This document shows, one piece after another, positions 1-11,554 of a stretch of DNA of 64,000 bases (its first letter is position 1; the number at the start of each line of letters is the position of its first letter). The translations under genes were made by a program, and so were the position numbers. The stretch is from positions 174,530,001 to 174,594,000 of the forward strand of contig NC_042998.1 of the NCBI RefSeq assembly GCF_006345805.1, read 5' to 3'. The notes below the pieces were generated by a model. It was not told the origin of the DNA. It made no database searches and saw only the letters and a list, made by a program, of their open reading frames with translations. The DNA is from Octopus sinensis (Eukaryota).

Positions 1-835
1 TTTGTTGTTGTTGGTTGAAAGAATCTAAGCACTTGTAGAGGGGAAATATCTTGAAATTTGGTAAGTCCATTCCTGAGCAGGTTGCAATGTGACTGTTTAA
101 AGGAATTTTCCGTATGTTTTTGTCTTGGATGTGTTGGCGATGGGTCATCAAACTGTTGCATAATGATCTGCCCGTCTGACTTATGTAATTATGTTGGCAA
201 TCATTGCATGTGATTACGTAGACCAGGTTTTCCGTGTTGCAGGCGAGATTGGACTTATATTTGGAGGTTTGGTTACCTTTGAATATATATTCTGGTCTCT
301 CAATTAGCTAACGGCAAGTGCCGCAGTTTGTTCTTCCGCATTTTGGGACAGTTGGGTTGGGGGTTTCTTTGTGCATTTTTGCTCCAGTGAGAATGAATTT
401 TAGTGTTTTGGGCTGCCTTTTGCTTTTGATGGTTTGTTGTTTTTCTAAGATTTTTCTCATTTTTCATCTGCAAATAAGATGGGGAGGTTTTTGTGGATGT
501 CATCAAATATTTCGATATTTCTGGAATTGAAGGTTGACAGGAATGGTAAGACATATTTCCTTCTTTCGTTTTTTTTTTTTTTTGTTTTCCTAAGTTCATT
601 AATATCCATTTGCTTCGCCATGTTTATTTCCTTGGTGATTATGCCAGGAGGGAAGGCTCTTTGAATGAGTGTCTCCTTCAGTTCCTCTAGTCTTTGTTCA
701 CGTAGATTCTTCCATTCATGCTATGTAAAGTTTGGTTTTATGTTTCTATGTTTAATTTTTTCAAAGGGGAAGTCCATAATATATTCACAGTAGGAGTCTA
801 CTGCTTTATTTAACCCTTTATTTGGGAAAAAGTTG
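1..835 (-). mobile_element. Penelope-like retroelement (probably Neptune group) relic: post-RT region and GIY-YIG endonuclease, frameshifted and internally deleted
   Basis: Minus-strand translation gives ...KSKRQPKTLKFILT...CGRTNCGTC...LACNTENLVYVITCNDCQHNYISQTGRSL...HRQHI. This is the PLE Cys-rich motif followed by the VY.I.C..C...Y..QT.R.L GIY-YIG signature. It runs off the left edge and abuts a microsatellite at 840. Confidence 0.8.
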
Positions 836-839
836 CTTA

Positions 840-976
840 TATATACATATATATATATATGTGTATATATATATATGTATGTATATGTATGTATGTATGT
901 ATGTATGTGGTATGTATGTATGTATGTATGTATGTGTGTATGTATGTATGTATGTATGTATGTATGTATGTATGTA

Positions 977-1007
<31 letters not shown>

Positions 1008-1085
1008 ATGTATGTATGTATGTATGTATGTATGTAGTATGTATGTATGTATGTATGTATGTATATGATGTATGTATGTATGTAT
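840..1085. repeat. (TA)n/(TATG)n/(TG)n compound microsatellite
   Basis: Directly visible; it explains the YIHT/MYVC ORFs at 721-1149. Confidence 0.95.
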
Positions 1086-3100
1086 ATTCATGTACATAAA
1101 CGTACATATGCACAACATATTTTCTTTTCAGACATGAGTAAATGTGCATGTATGCAAAATACGCGTTTATGAATACTCAATGTGTATAGAAAACATAAAC
1201 ACACGCGCGTGCGCACAGCTACACACAGTAGAGTCTTATGTAATTCGGTGAGTTAAAAAATTTCAATTAACTGTTATCTTTGAGAATTGAAGACAAAACC
1301 TCCGACAAAGATTATTTAAAATGTACAAGCACCAAGCAATGAGATAACTTCATTGATATCAGGTAGCTCAAATTTTCAGAAAATAGAGAAAACGTAATTA
1401 GCATTGAATCTTCTCTCTAAGGGTCACTGATAAGAGCTTCGAACTTGTTTGGAATGTAGGTCTCATCGGCTAAACATTTTCCAACACACACGCTCATAAT
1501 ATATATGCATTTATATAGAGAGAGAGTGAGAGAGAGACAGAGAGAAAGAGACAGACAGACAGACAGATACATGCAGTGAGTGGCATGTTCAAAATAAGCT
1601 ATGTCTGGCCACTTTGAATAGAGTGCTTAAAGATAAGTCTGAGAATGAATAAAATATTACATCCATTGTAGTCAATTCCCGAAAAGTTATAGGCGAAACA
1701 AAATATATTTGTAGGACTAACTATTATAACTTGTGTGTGGTCACTCATAGTGCTACCTGTTGCATGTAACCTGGCACAGCCTGTCGCATTGTCAGACTGT
1801 CAGCGGATAAACCGACAACACTACTAAGCTTGTTGGTTAGTAGGGTGGTTTCCGTTAGACATCCTGCAGGACAAAAACAAAAGCTGTTGAAATGTGGGTA
1901 ACTAAGAGTCAACGCTATCTAGCAGCTGGGAATGGGAGATCCCTAATCTTTGTTTAAATATCTTTCTAAAAAGAAATATCTGACGTAACACCTGAGACTT
2001 CGTTCGGATACAATTATGTAGACTAGTCCTTCTTGAGCAAATGCATGTTGTTTGGAGAGGAGCCTTGGCTCTGAGCAAGGCCTTTCCTTACTTAAGAGAC
2101 CTTCAAGCGCATGTAAAGTTTGATTTTTAACATCTCTCTTATATATTGCATACTATAGATAACTGAAACTGAAAACAGGCAAAACACTCAATGAAAAATT
2201 CCGCAATAGAATAAAGTTGTGTCAGCGTGGGTGATGAGTTTTTTTAACACGTACTGCAAGATGCACCTTCATCGCTACATCTGTGCAAAAGAGTTTAGGT
2301 CCCTAGCAAAGCGAAAAGCAACATCTGTGATGCTCTCGCTTAAGAGAACAGTCGAGTGGTGACTTTGCTCGAAATCTAGTTAGCAACCATCCATGCTATG
2401 TATCATGTCACACTGTTCAGACTCCAATTTCTCCGGCTATGTCTCCCGCTGGATTTTACCAATTACTATCTTATGATTCACTCCTACTGTGTAAAAATGT
2501 TTTCTTTAAAGAAAAATTTTTGTCATCCATTTTCTCCTCTTTGTTCTAACCCTCCACGTGTGCTTACATCTTTGCTTGCTTTTCTTTATCATCTACTTTC
2601 CCATGCTTTGCATTAATTGTGTAACGCTCACAAACACTTCAATGTCTTTTATATTTTTTTCCCCAGTGTTTTCTCCATCGCTCTCTCCGTTATCTCTTAT
2701 TTCTTTCTATACTTAAACCTGTACTTGCTTTCTTACCAGCTTCTGCTTCAGTTATGTAACTTTCAGAGACTTTTCGCTAATATTTATTTCTTATATTTTT
2801 TTTCATCAGTGAATACCCTCCACAATCTTCTTGCTTCTATTTTCACCTCACACTTTGTTTAACCCAATCTGTTTCTTAAACGAGGAACATATTCATACAG
2901 CACAGAATGCTTCCACTTCCTCGCTTCCGCGCTTTCTTCTCACACCAGCCCCCCCCCACACACACACACCCAATATCCCACGCCACTACACTCCAACACT
3001 GTCACACCACACGGAGACTCAGAGAATGACACTCGTGTTGTACAAGCATTTATCACTATAATCCTATCACATACCGATGTCTCCTTTCGGTGACCTCATT

Positions 3101-3326
3101 TGTCAATTACTGTACTGAAAGTCCTATGGCATTGGAAGAGCGGTGACGTGTGAAGACCTAACCAGTTGGAAGCGATGCCTCAAACCATGCAGATTTGCAG
3201 CGGGACTAAGCAATCATCTGAGAGGTCATGTAGCCTGGCGGTATCTACCTCCCAGAACTACACTTCCACCGTTCCAAACTTTTTTTCCTCTGGCAAGGTA
3301 GGAAATCCCTTGCCAGGTTGGTTTTA
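3101..3326 (-). mobile_element. Tx1/L1-like LINE ORF1 fragment, copy 1 of a local duplication
   Basis: Near-identical to 3915-4149; the translation matches the ORF1 at ~43700-43850. Confidence 0.6.
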
Positions 3327-3560
3327 ATGTGGGAGATCAAGGTCATTGAATATACTGGAGACGTTGTTGGAGATATTTACATTATTGGAGATAGTATGGA
3401 GTACAGAGTTGATCATTTTTAAACAGGCGCCTGGATATTTTAAATACCAACTTACACGGGAAACCTGTCTGAAGAGTCCATCTGTGCGCTCTACCAATCA
3501 GAGCCAAAGTTACCAACATATGGATTGAAACCTGCCGCATAAATAACAAATTCAGCGAAA
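3325..3560 (-). mobile_element. Penelope-like RT fragment
   Basis: Minus-strand ...VSWYLKYPGACLKMINSVLHTISNNVNISNNVSSIFNDLDLPH resembles the PLE RT region ahead of the DV.SLY motif. About 85 bp are shared with 8959-9042. Confidence 0.45.
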
Positions 3561-3585
3561 CGAGAATCGAACAAACAAAAAAGTG

Positions 3586-3914
3586 AGATCTTTTCGGTTT
3601 GAACGGCAGTTTTTTCTAGCGGTGTCATATGAAATTGTCACCCATAATTATGACCCTAATATCGATCTATTGCATTTCAATCTGTTTTAGGGTTAGGGTT
3701 AGTTAGGGTTAGGGGTGGGGGAGGGTATCTTGTTTTCTTCAGGAATATAAATAAACCCAATCTGTTTCTTAAACGAGGGGCATATTCATACGGCACAGAA
3801 TGTTTTCACCTCAATAGACGTCATTGATTGGTTGAAATTGCAGAAATTGAAGGAAAAAAACAACAAATATCTTTCAAACTATAGAATTTTCTCAATAAAG
3901 CCAAGAGAAAGAGA
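3586..3914. mobile_element. Truncated copy of the GGATCTTTTCGG-TIR MITE (Merlin-like), reverse orientation
   Basis: Starts with GATCTTTTCGGTTTGAACGGCAG; the body matches the 13792-14208 and 36462-36870 copies. Confidence 0.8.
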
Positions 3915-4243
3915 TGTCAATTACTGTATTGAAAGTCCTATGGCATTGGAAGAGCGGTGACGTGTGAAGACCTAACCAGTTGGAAGCGATGCCACAAACC
4001 ATGCAGATTTGCAGCGGGACTAAGCAATCATCTGAGAGGTCATGCAGCTGAGTGCAGCCTGGTAGTATCTACCTCCCGGAACTGCACCTCTACCGTTCCA
4101 AACATTTTTCCTCTGGCAAGGTAGGAAATCCCTTGCCAGATTGGTTTAAGTGCCTTTTCAACTTGACCCGTCGACATGACTCCAATTCTCTTGACTGCTA
4201 CTAAGTACGTCCTGTAAATAATGGTTCTTTTTTGTTTCTCCAT
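3915..4243 (-). mobile_element. Tx1/L1-like LINE ORF1 fragment, copy 2
   Basis: STGQVEKALKPIWQGISYLARGKMFGTVEVQFREVD aligns with STEVIEKALRPIWRDITNLARGSRFGTVSVHFKSIK from 43.7-43.85 kb. Confidence 0.65.
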
Positions 4244-4502
4244 TAAAACTTCTTGGAAAAGTCATTGACCACAAGGAAGAAAAACGAGACGTTAATCTTC
4301 TGTGAAGATGGAGTAACAGCCATATGTATATATGCAGTCTTTTAGTAGAGAAGAACGTGTAGTTTCTAGAAATTTTAAAATTCCTCCGAGTTTCCATAAG
4401 CGTGGAAATTACAGACCGTATCCCGAAATTAGTGATCATACTTTACAATTTCCGTAACTGCGAAATCCTGTAACTGATATAACCGTAACGCGAGCATATA
4501 TA

Positions 4503-5026
4503 CAGGGTGTCCCCAAAAAATGTATACACACCTTAAATAATTGTAAATTTGGGGTTTATAATAATTCGAATAATTTTCAACATGTAAAAGAATTTACAAA
4601 TATCATTCTATTGTCTTGTTATCGCATGTTCTCAAACTGATGTCCGTTCTACTCCAGACACTGCTGACAACGCGAAGCGATGGAATGGCACACATCATGG
4701 AACAATTCCCTTGGGATATTCGTACATTCATGTTCAATGGTTGCCCTCAATTGAACGACTGTTGCAGGTTTCTGTGCGTAAACTTTGTCCTTTAGGTATC
4801 CCCATAAAAAGAAGTCTAGTGGTGTGATGTCTGGTGAACGTGGAGGGTATTCGACAAAACCTCTCCGTCCAATCCACCTGTTTGGCAAGATCCCATCAAG
4901 AAAGGATCTAACATCGCGATGGTAGTGCGGAGGTGCCCCATCTTGCTGGAAATAAAACTCTTCCTGTTCAAAGTCCTCTCGAATGCTTGGCATGACAGAC
5001 TGTGTATACATTTTTTTGGGGACACC

Positions 5027-5029
<3 letters not shown>
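4503..5029 (-). mobile_element. Tc1/mariner-superfamily internal-deletion derivative (527 bp) keeping only the C-terminal half of the transposase
   Basis: TIRs CAGGGTGTCCCCAAAAAATGTATACACA / TGTGTATACATTTTTTTGGGGACACCCT, flanked by TA. ORF 4649-5011 has QQDGAPPHY...WIGR...PPRSPDITPLDFFLWGYLKDKVY. Confidence 0.92.
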
Positions 5030-5075
<46 letters not shown>

Positions 5076-5848
5076 TATAAATTAGGGTATCTATAATTTT
5101 AATAATTATTACCTTTGAAGGTTATTTTTTTCCATGCTGACCACTTGATAAAATCGTTATTTTATTTTAGATTAACGATCTTATCCTTATTTATATATGT
5201 GTGTGTGTGTGTCTGTGTGTATGTGTGTGTGTGTGTGTGCACATGAGCCTGCAGCCATACATTCTTACACAAATGTGCGCATGGGCGCACACATATTCGT
5301 GAATATATCAGCATATTCACATAATCACATACACATTACTATGCATACAGATGCGCATATACATATACGACTACTTACACATACATTTGCAGGTATTCTC
5401 TCGCCATGCGTAGATGTGCAAAGATGTACGTTGAGATGGGAACGCTAGATTCAACCGTTATTAATATGCAAATATGCAAAAAATATAATTGGAAAAGTGC
5501 AAAATATGCGAAAAAATATGCAAAATTTATGCAAAATCAATGAAAAATTGCAAAACACAAGATAAGTGAAGTGCAAAACTACGAATTTTCAGAAATAAAG
5601 AAATACAGTCTTGCAAAAATATTGGATTACGAAGTCGCAGAGATGCAAAACTGCAAAATTGCAAAATGAAAACTACAAAACAACTGAAAGAAACAAATAC
5701 AAAATAATTGTTAAGGATGGGGGTTAAGAAGGTTGCTTTGCAAACCACGTGCTTTCAGGGTCTATCTCACTGTTCGGCATCTAGTGCAAGTGTATTTTAC
5801 TATAGCCCCAGGCTGACTAATGCCTTGTGAGTGAATTTGATAGACAGA

Positions 5849-5912
<64 letters not shown>

Positions 5913-5915
<3 letters not shown>

Positions 5916-6740
5916 CCGCTCAGTCGAAGTCGACTCTCGGTCACTCGTTGGATCAGTGTCCTCCAGTCAGTTCTATCCTGGGCCGCTTCTTTCAGATTGA
6001 GTATGTCCATTCCGGTATCACTCTTGATGGTGTTGTAGTGACGCTATATAGCGGCGCGCGCGCGCACCGTCCATTTTCTATCTCGCGCGTGCGAGTGTTG
6101 GTGCCTTCACCAAGGCACAGAAAGGAAGGGCCCTCTCGCGCATGCGCGAACCACCGGAAGCACGACCCTGGCCAAGGCAGGGGGATCGTAGAACGTTTGA
6201 CCACTAGCAGCAGCCAGCGGGGACTTTGAGACATGGCTATCGAAGGCAACGGTCACGTATATTCTCTCTCCGTCAGGAATTGATTCTAGCAGCAGTCGGC
6301 CGAATGCCTTTAACCAAATTGTTGCCGACCACATTCAACTTCCCTGTTCGACGCCATCTTGAACCTGTTCTGGTTTTAGCGGCTGAATATTGTAAATATT
6401 ACAATCGATTAACTTTCAGCCTTGCGCGCCCCGAACCAAGGACATCAGATAACTACTTATTGTTATTGTTACCAAGAAAGAGAATAAAGTAGTATATATA
6501 TATTTTACGTCTGCGTCTTGTTGTTTCTGACTGGTAGAATTCTGGATTATTAAAGCAACGGCTAGTGATTGCTTTCTTGTACCCCGAAAGTACAAGACAA
6601 GATATTCACTATCACTAAGTTCGTTACAGTGTCAAGCCAGCGGGTTCTTGGTCGGCCTCTTCCTCTCTTGCCACTGACCATTCCGAGCATGATGTCTTTC
6701 TCCAGGGATTTTTTCCGCAAAATATGACCGAAATATGCCA
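5913..6740 (-). mobile_element. RTE-clade LINE 3' fragment, split by a solo LTR
   Basis: YFGHILRKKSLEKDIMLGMVSGKRGRGRPRTRWLDT (6629-6740) rejoins in frame with IKSDTGMDILNLKEAAQDRTDWRTLIQRVTESRLRL (5913-6033) once the insert is removed. Confidence 0.85.
6034..6628. mobile_element. Solo LTR (595 bp)
   Basis: TGTA...TACA termini with a 4-bp target-site duplication GTGT (6030-6033 and 6629-6632); CpG-rich interior. Confidence 0.88.
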
Positions 6741-7658
6741 TATGTCATATATATATATAACAAAAATTTTATAATTATGAGTATAATTATAATTAGGGTT
6801 CAGCAAAAATTTGCTTCACCACATACCGAAATTTAAAAATAGCAGTTAAAACTATTTCACTACGTGTTAACCCATGTTAAGTACTGCAGTTGATTTATTC
6901 GACTAAACCCGTCAAGGTAATGCCCCAGCATGGCCGCAGTCAAATGACTCAATCAAGTAAAAGGAAGATATAAGTACATTTTACAATCGATCACTGAAAT
7001 TCTGCTTAAAATTTAAAGTGAAATGAAAATACTCCTAACGATAATAACAGGTTTTTTTTAATCAAAACATACTTATTCCAAACACAGAACGCAACACTCA
7101 GTTTTGTTTGTTGTTTTTTTAATCAAAAACACACAATAAATTTCGTCCAAAGAAATGAAAACTTCGTGAGTAAATGTGGAAAGTGTTGTTCTTTGAGAAA
7201 GAAAATTGTGACCAACTTTTGAAATAAAAACTAAGAAAATTGTGACCAACTTTTGAAATAAAAACTAACTTCAAGCTAAACAAACCTCACCCCCGCTAAC
7301 CAAGCTATTTACGAAGTAAGTTTAAATTTTCGGCAAACGTTTAAGAACAATACTAAAACATTCAAAACGCAAAAATATCTTTATACCATGTGACAAAAGT
7401 CTTCTTTATTAGCCACTGAAGCCAATTACATTCAAAGCATTCGTAAATGTTAAAACTACGGGGCTTTGTAGAACAAACAAGTTATATGATAATGAAGTGG
7501 TGGGTCAACGACGTTAGACAAAGAAATGCATTTAAAATTAGTGAGAAACAAAAGATAGCTATGTGGCTAAGAAGTTCGCTTCGCATCACGTAGTTTCGGT
7601 TTCTATCCCACAATGAAGCCCCTTGAACAGTCTTTTACTATACCCATACTCCAACGAA

Positions 7659-7909
7659 AGGCGGCGAGCTGGCAGAAACGTTAGCATGTCGGGCGAAATG
7701 CGTAGCCGTATTTCGTCTGCTGTTACGTTGTGAGTTCAAATTCTGCCGAGGTCGACTTTGCCTTTCATCCTTTCGGGGTCGATAAATTAAGTACCAGTTA
7801 CGTACTGGGATTGATGTAATCGACTTAATCCGTTTGTCTGTCCTTGTTTGTCCCCTCTATGTTTAGCCCCTTGTGGGCAATAAAGAAATATATATATATA
7901 TATATATAC
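7659..7909 (+). mobile_element. tRNA-derived SINE, family A, full length
   Basis: A-box-like TGGCAGAAACG, B-box-like GAGTTCAAATTC, core GAGGTCGACTTTGCCTTTCATCC, tail ...CCCCTTGTGGGCAATAAAGAAATA(TA)n. 17-bp TSD ACCCATACTCCAACGAA at 7642-7658 and 7910-7926. Confidence 0.9.
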
Positions 7910-8399
7910 ACCCATACTCCAACGAATGATCTGTGAGTGAATTTGGTTGGCAGTAACAATGGAGAAACCTGTCGTATATATATATGTGTGTGTGTGTCTA
8001 TATTTGCATCACCACTCCAGCCGCTTGACAACCGGTGTTGGTTTGTATACGTACTGGCAACTTTGCGACTCGGCAAAAAGAGCATGATAGAATAAGTATC
8101 AGACTAAAAGCATATACTGGGATCGATTTGTTCGACTAAACTCTTTAATGTGGTGGCCTAGCATGGCAGCAGTTCAATTACCGAAACAAGTAAAAGAATA
8201 AGAAGACGTATAATAAATATGTAGCCACCGGACCACATCTCGTTTTTGGTTACTTCGACCGTAACAGCCTTCTCGTATCGGAACCCCATACACACAGTGC
8301 ACATCCATATTGCAACTCAAATTTTGTACTTCAACCTGTCTTATGTTATTTAAGGTAATCCTAAGACAAATCATAAAAGAATATATACCACCAGATTAG

Positions 8400-9042
8400 A
8401 AAAAAGTTGTCCAGGTACCTTTAAGAAATACCAGGTATCTCCAGGAAATACAAAATCCCCCTAATTAAATGGGTCCAAAAATATAACTTGTGTCCCAAAA
8501 CTAACTTTTGTAAGCGGTGCTATTACGTTTAGCATGGTTGGGGTTAATGCTGAACGAAGCATATCAAAGTTGTCTATTTGGTGCACAAATTAACCCTACA
8601 GACTGTCTTCCTGAAAAAATTGGTATTAATGCAGCTTCCCCCTGGGATATTTAATCGAAAATTGGGGATAGGTAACAGATAGACAGAAACCGCATCTATG
8701 GACCATTCTAACTGATCCATACGTGTAATGGCAAATAAACTTGACAGATGGTCCCATTTGTCGTCACTACATTTGTTTACATATGTAGTCATCGGAATCG
8801 AAGTAGGTGTTCCTCGTAATAATAGTCACCGATTGGTGAGCTTCTGTGGGGCAGAAGCAGAGACGATTGCAATAAATGGTGTGATCGGTCACCAGGTTGA
8901 TAACCAAAGAGGCAGATACAAAGACGTAGAGGGGAAATTATGACTGGACTAAAATGTTTTAATGTGGGAGATCAAGGTCATTGAGTATACTGGAGATGTC
9001 GTTGGAGATATTTACATTATTGGAGATAGTATGGAGTACAGA
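8400..9042 (-). mobile_element. Decayed Penelope-like RT fragment
   Basis: Minus-strand pieces LNDLDLPH.NILVQS, TSLY, NTYFDSDDYICKQM, QMGPS and FAITRMDQLE appear in the order of PLE RT motifs (SLY, N.F.F, Q..G.AMG, A.L.M..LE), with stops and frameshifts. Confidence 0.45.
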
Positions 9043-9599
9043 TACACATATATAGTTATGCACACATACACAAATATATATATATATATATATAAAACAG
9101 TACTTGGAGAAGAAGAACGGAACGAAACGAACGAATCGAATCGAATCGACGCGTACCTACATCTACATGTATATATACATGCATATATAAATATATGTAT
9201 ATACATACGTGAGTACAGGACACCACAAATAGACGTAGAACTCAACGAGAAACGAAAACGGAAAAACAAGCATGGAACCATTTTTTTACAGAGTACAAGA
9301 CAAACTACACAAGGAAAAATCCCCTTCATCAGCTGTCCTTAGTTCAACTGCAGCGTGTTTCGAAGGTAGGACAGAAGACGACTCGTCAAACTAGCCCTTC
9401 CTGCGAGAGAATTAAATAAAATTACTTCGCAGAGGGGTAAAAACAAAGAAAGAAAAAAAATTGTAACACAAACAGGACGTAAAAACGATACAAATAAAAA
9501 TACAAAATAAAATACATATATATATATTAATGCCACCCTCATCTCTGCTTCTTACTTTTTTGTTACCTATCTAATTAAAAATATATATATATATATATA

Positions 9600-9648
<49 letters not shown>

Positions 9649-9744
9649 TTCTCTTATATATATATTACAGGCTAGGACTGAATTGATGGAGTGCAATACG
9701 TGTAGAGTTAAATTACTCAAATAGCTTTGCAGAATTCTTTTATT

Positions 9745-9883
<139 letters not shown>

Positions 9884-9995
9884 GACAGAGAGAGTGAGTG
9901 AGAGAGAGAAATAATACATTTCTAAATATCTCAGAGAGATTTATGCAGTAGTGGTATACAAGTACTTTATATATCACGCTCGGGAATTGAAAAAG

Positions 9996-10033
9996 TCTTT
10001 TACGTTTCGAGCGTATGCTCTTCCACGGAAAGA
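9996..10033 (-). ncRNA. Minimal type-I hammerhead-like motif with variant core (CCGUGGA)
   Basis: Minus strand reads UCUUU-CCGUGGA-A-GAGC(AUAC)GCUC-GAAAC-GUA-AAAGA. Stem I (5 bp) and stem II (4 bp) are intact; the core deviates from CUGANGA. Confidence 0.4.
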
Positions 10034-10111
10034 AACAAAGAGAGAAACAAAGAGACAAAAAAATGTGTATAGTGGCTACCGATCTATCATTGCGACTGTA
10101 ATATATATATA

Positions 10112-10167
<56 letters not shown>

Positions 10168-10567
10168 GGGTTTAGCAACAAGCTGCTTCACCTTGTTGCT
10201 AAACCCTTAATTATTGTTATAATTATATATATATATATATATAAAAACATCTTGCATAGGTTTTTACTGAATATGGTTCTTTTCCATACTGAAACTACTT
10301 GGTAAAATTTATATTAATTTATTAAATTAATAATTCTTTACCCTATATCTGTAATGATGATGATGATGATGATATATATATATATAAAGTAGATGTATTT
10401 GTTTCTAACAGATTTCCATGGAAACGGCTACTCTTTGTATGATTAGAATGAGAATTAGATTACATTTCAAGAGAATAATGCGAAATCTGTTTTCTTGCTA
10501 TATAGTTGCTGGTAGAAATAACCTCTTTCATTATTACCTATAGTATTTCCTTTTTCTTCTACAACTT

Positions 10568-10568
10568 A

Positions 10569-10613
<45 letters not shown>

Positions 10614-10625
10614 CACTGCTGCTGC

Positions 10626-10675
<50 letters not shown>

Positions 10676-10685
10676 GCAATAACAA
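10568..10685. repeat. (ACT)n-(GCT)n-(AAT)n compound microsatellite
   Basis: Directly visible; it explains the poly-L/poly-V ORF 10566-10769. Confidence 0.95.
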
Positions 10686-11039
10686 CTTACTAATGTTATT
10701 TATCATTTGCTCCTCCTCTTTTCGTTTCCGCCTCTCTGTCTTTTTCTCTTTATTCTCCGTCTGCTTCAACTCTTCCCCATGCTCTCCAATGCCTCTTCCT
10801 CTCAGTCTTCTTCTTTCGTTTTCTCTTCTTCATTCGCAATATACATACATGTAGTGAGAAAATCGTTTTCGTTTAACACGGTCAAACTTTAACGTGAATT
10901 CTCTTTGTCGATGTAAAAATATATACATTAGTTAATCCAAGACACGAACAAAAAGAGAAAACACAATCAACGCGAGGACGCATGGAACAAGTATAATGTT
11001 ATTGGACGCTCAGGAAAGGAAAGGAAAGAAAGAAGGAGG

Positions 11040-11074
11040 ATTTAACGTTTCGAGCGGAGCTCTTCGTCAGAAAC
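11040..11074 (-). ncRNA. Minimal type-I hammerhead ribozyme motif with intact core
   Basis: Minus strand reads GUUU-CUGACGA-A-GAGC(UCC)GCUC-GAAAC-GUU-AAAU, the layout known for PLE-associated minimal hammerheads. Confidence 0.6.
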
Positions 11075-11146
11075 ATAGAAAAAGGAAAGATCCAAGGAAG
11101 GGAAGACGGAGGGGAAAAAATCACCAACGATACACACGCGGTCACG

Positions 11147-11195
<49 letters not shown>

Positions 11196-11220
11196 CGTGC
11201 GTGCGTACGGACGTACGTAC

Positions 11221-11251
<31 letters not shown>

Positions 11252-11554
11252 CATACATACATACATACATACATACATACTTGCATGGATTATCGGGGGT
11301 TTAGTTGTTTGATCAAACAAATTTTAAAATTGCCTGTTCATTAAATTAGCATATGAAGTGGCTGAGCATTCCACAGACACCTAACTTTAACGTAATTCTC
11401 TGGCAAAAATCAACGAGACACAGTGACAAGACTGTACCTTACAATTACATGTATAATGCAACCGTAGGGTTTCTGTATAATTTTTATATAGAAAGCCCTC
11501 GGATGGATTATTCCCAATTTCACTTACAAGTTTTCGGTAAAAATCTTCGGGCAA

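Noticed and set aside
721-1149. Overlapping 70-140-aa ORFs (YIHT/MYVC repeats), and similar ORFs at 5197, 9744, 10566, 11042 and 58926-59288
   Set aside because: They are translations of microsatellites that lack stop codons.
1420-1480. Possible additional hammerhead cores (CCGAUGA...GAAG on the minus strand), and a similar one near 9355-9395
   Set aside because: Stem II does not pair and the core is incomplete.
7659-7760. tRNA genes at SINE heads with A/B boxes
   Set aside because: No cloverleaf can be formed, and the heads continue into SINE cores and tails; no true tRNA or rRNA gene was seen in the window.
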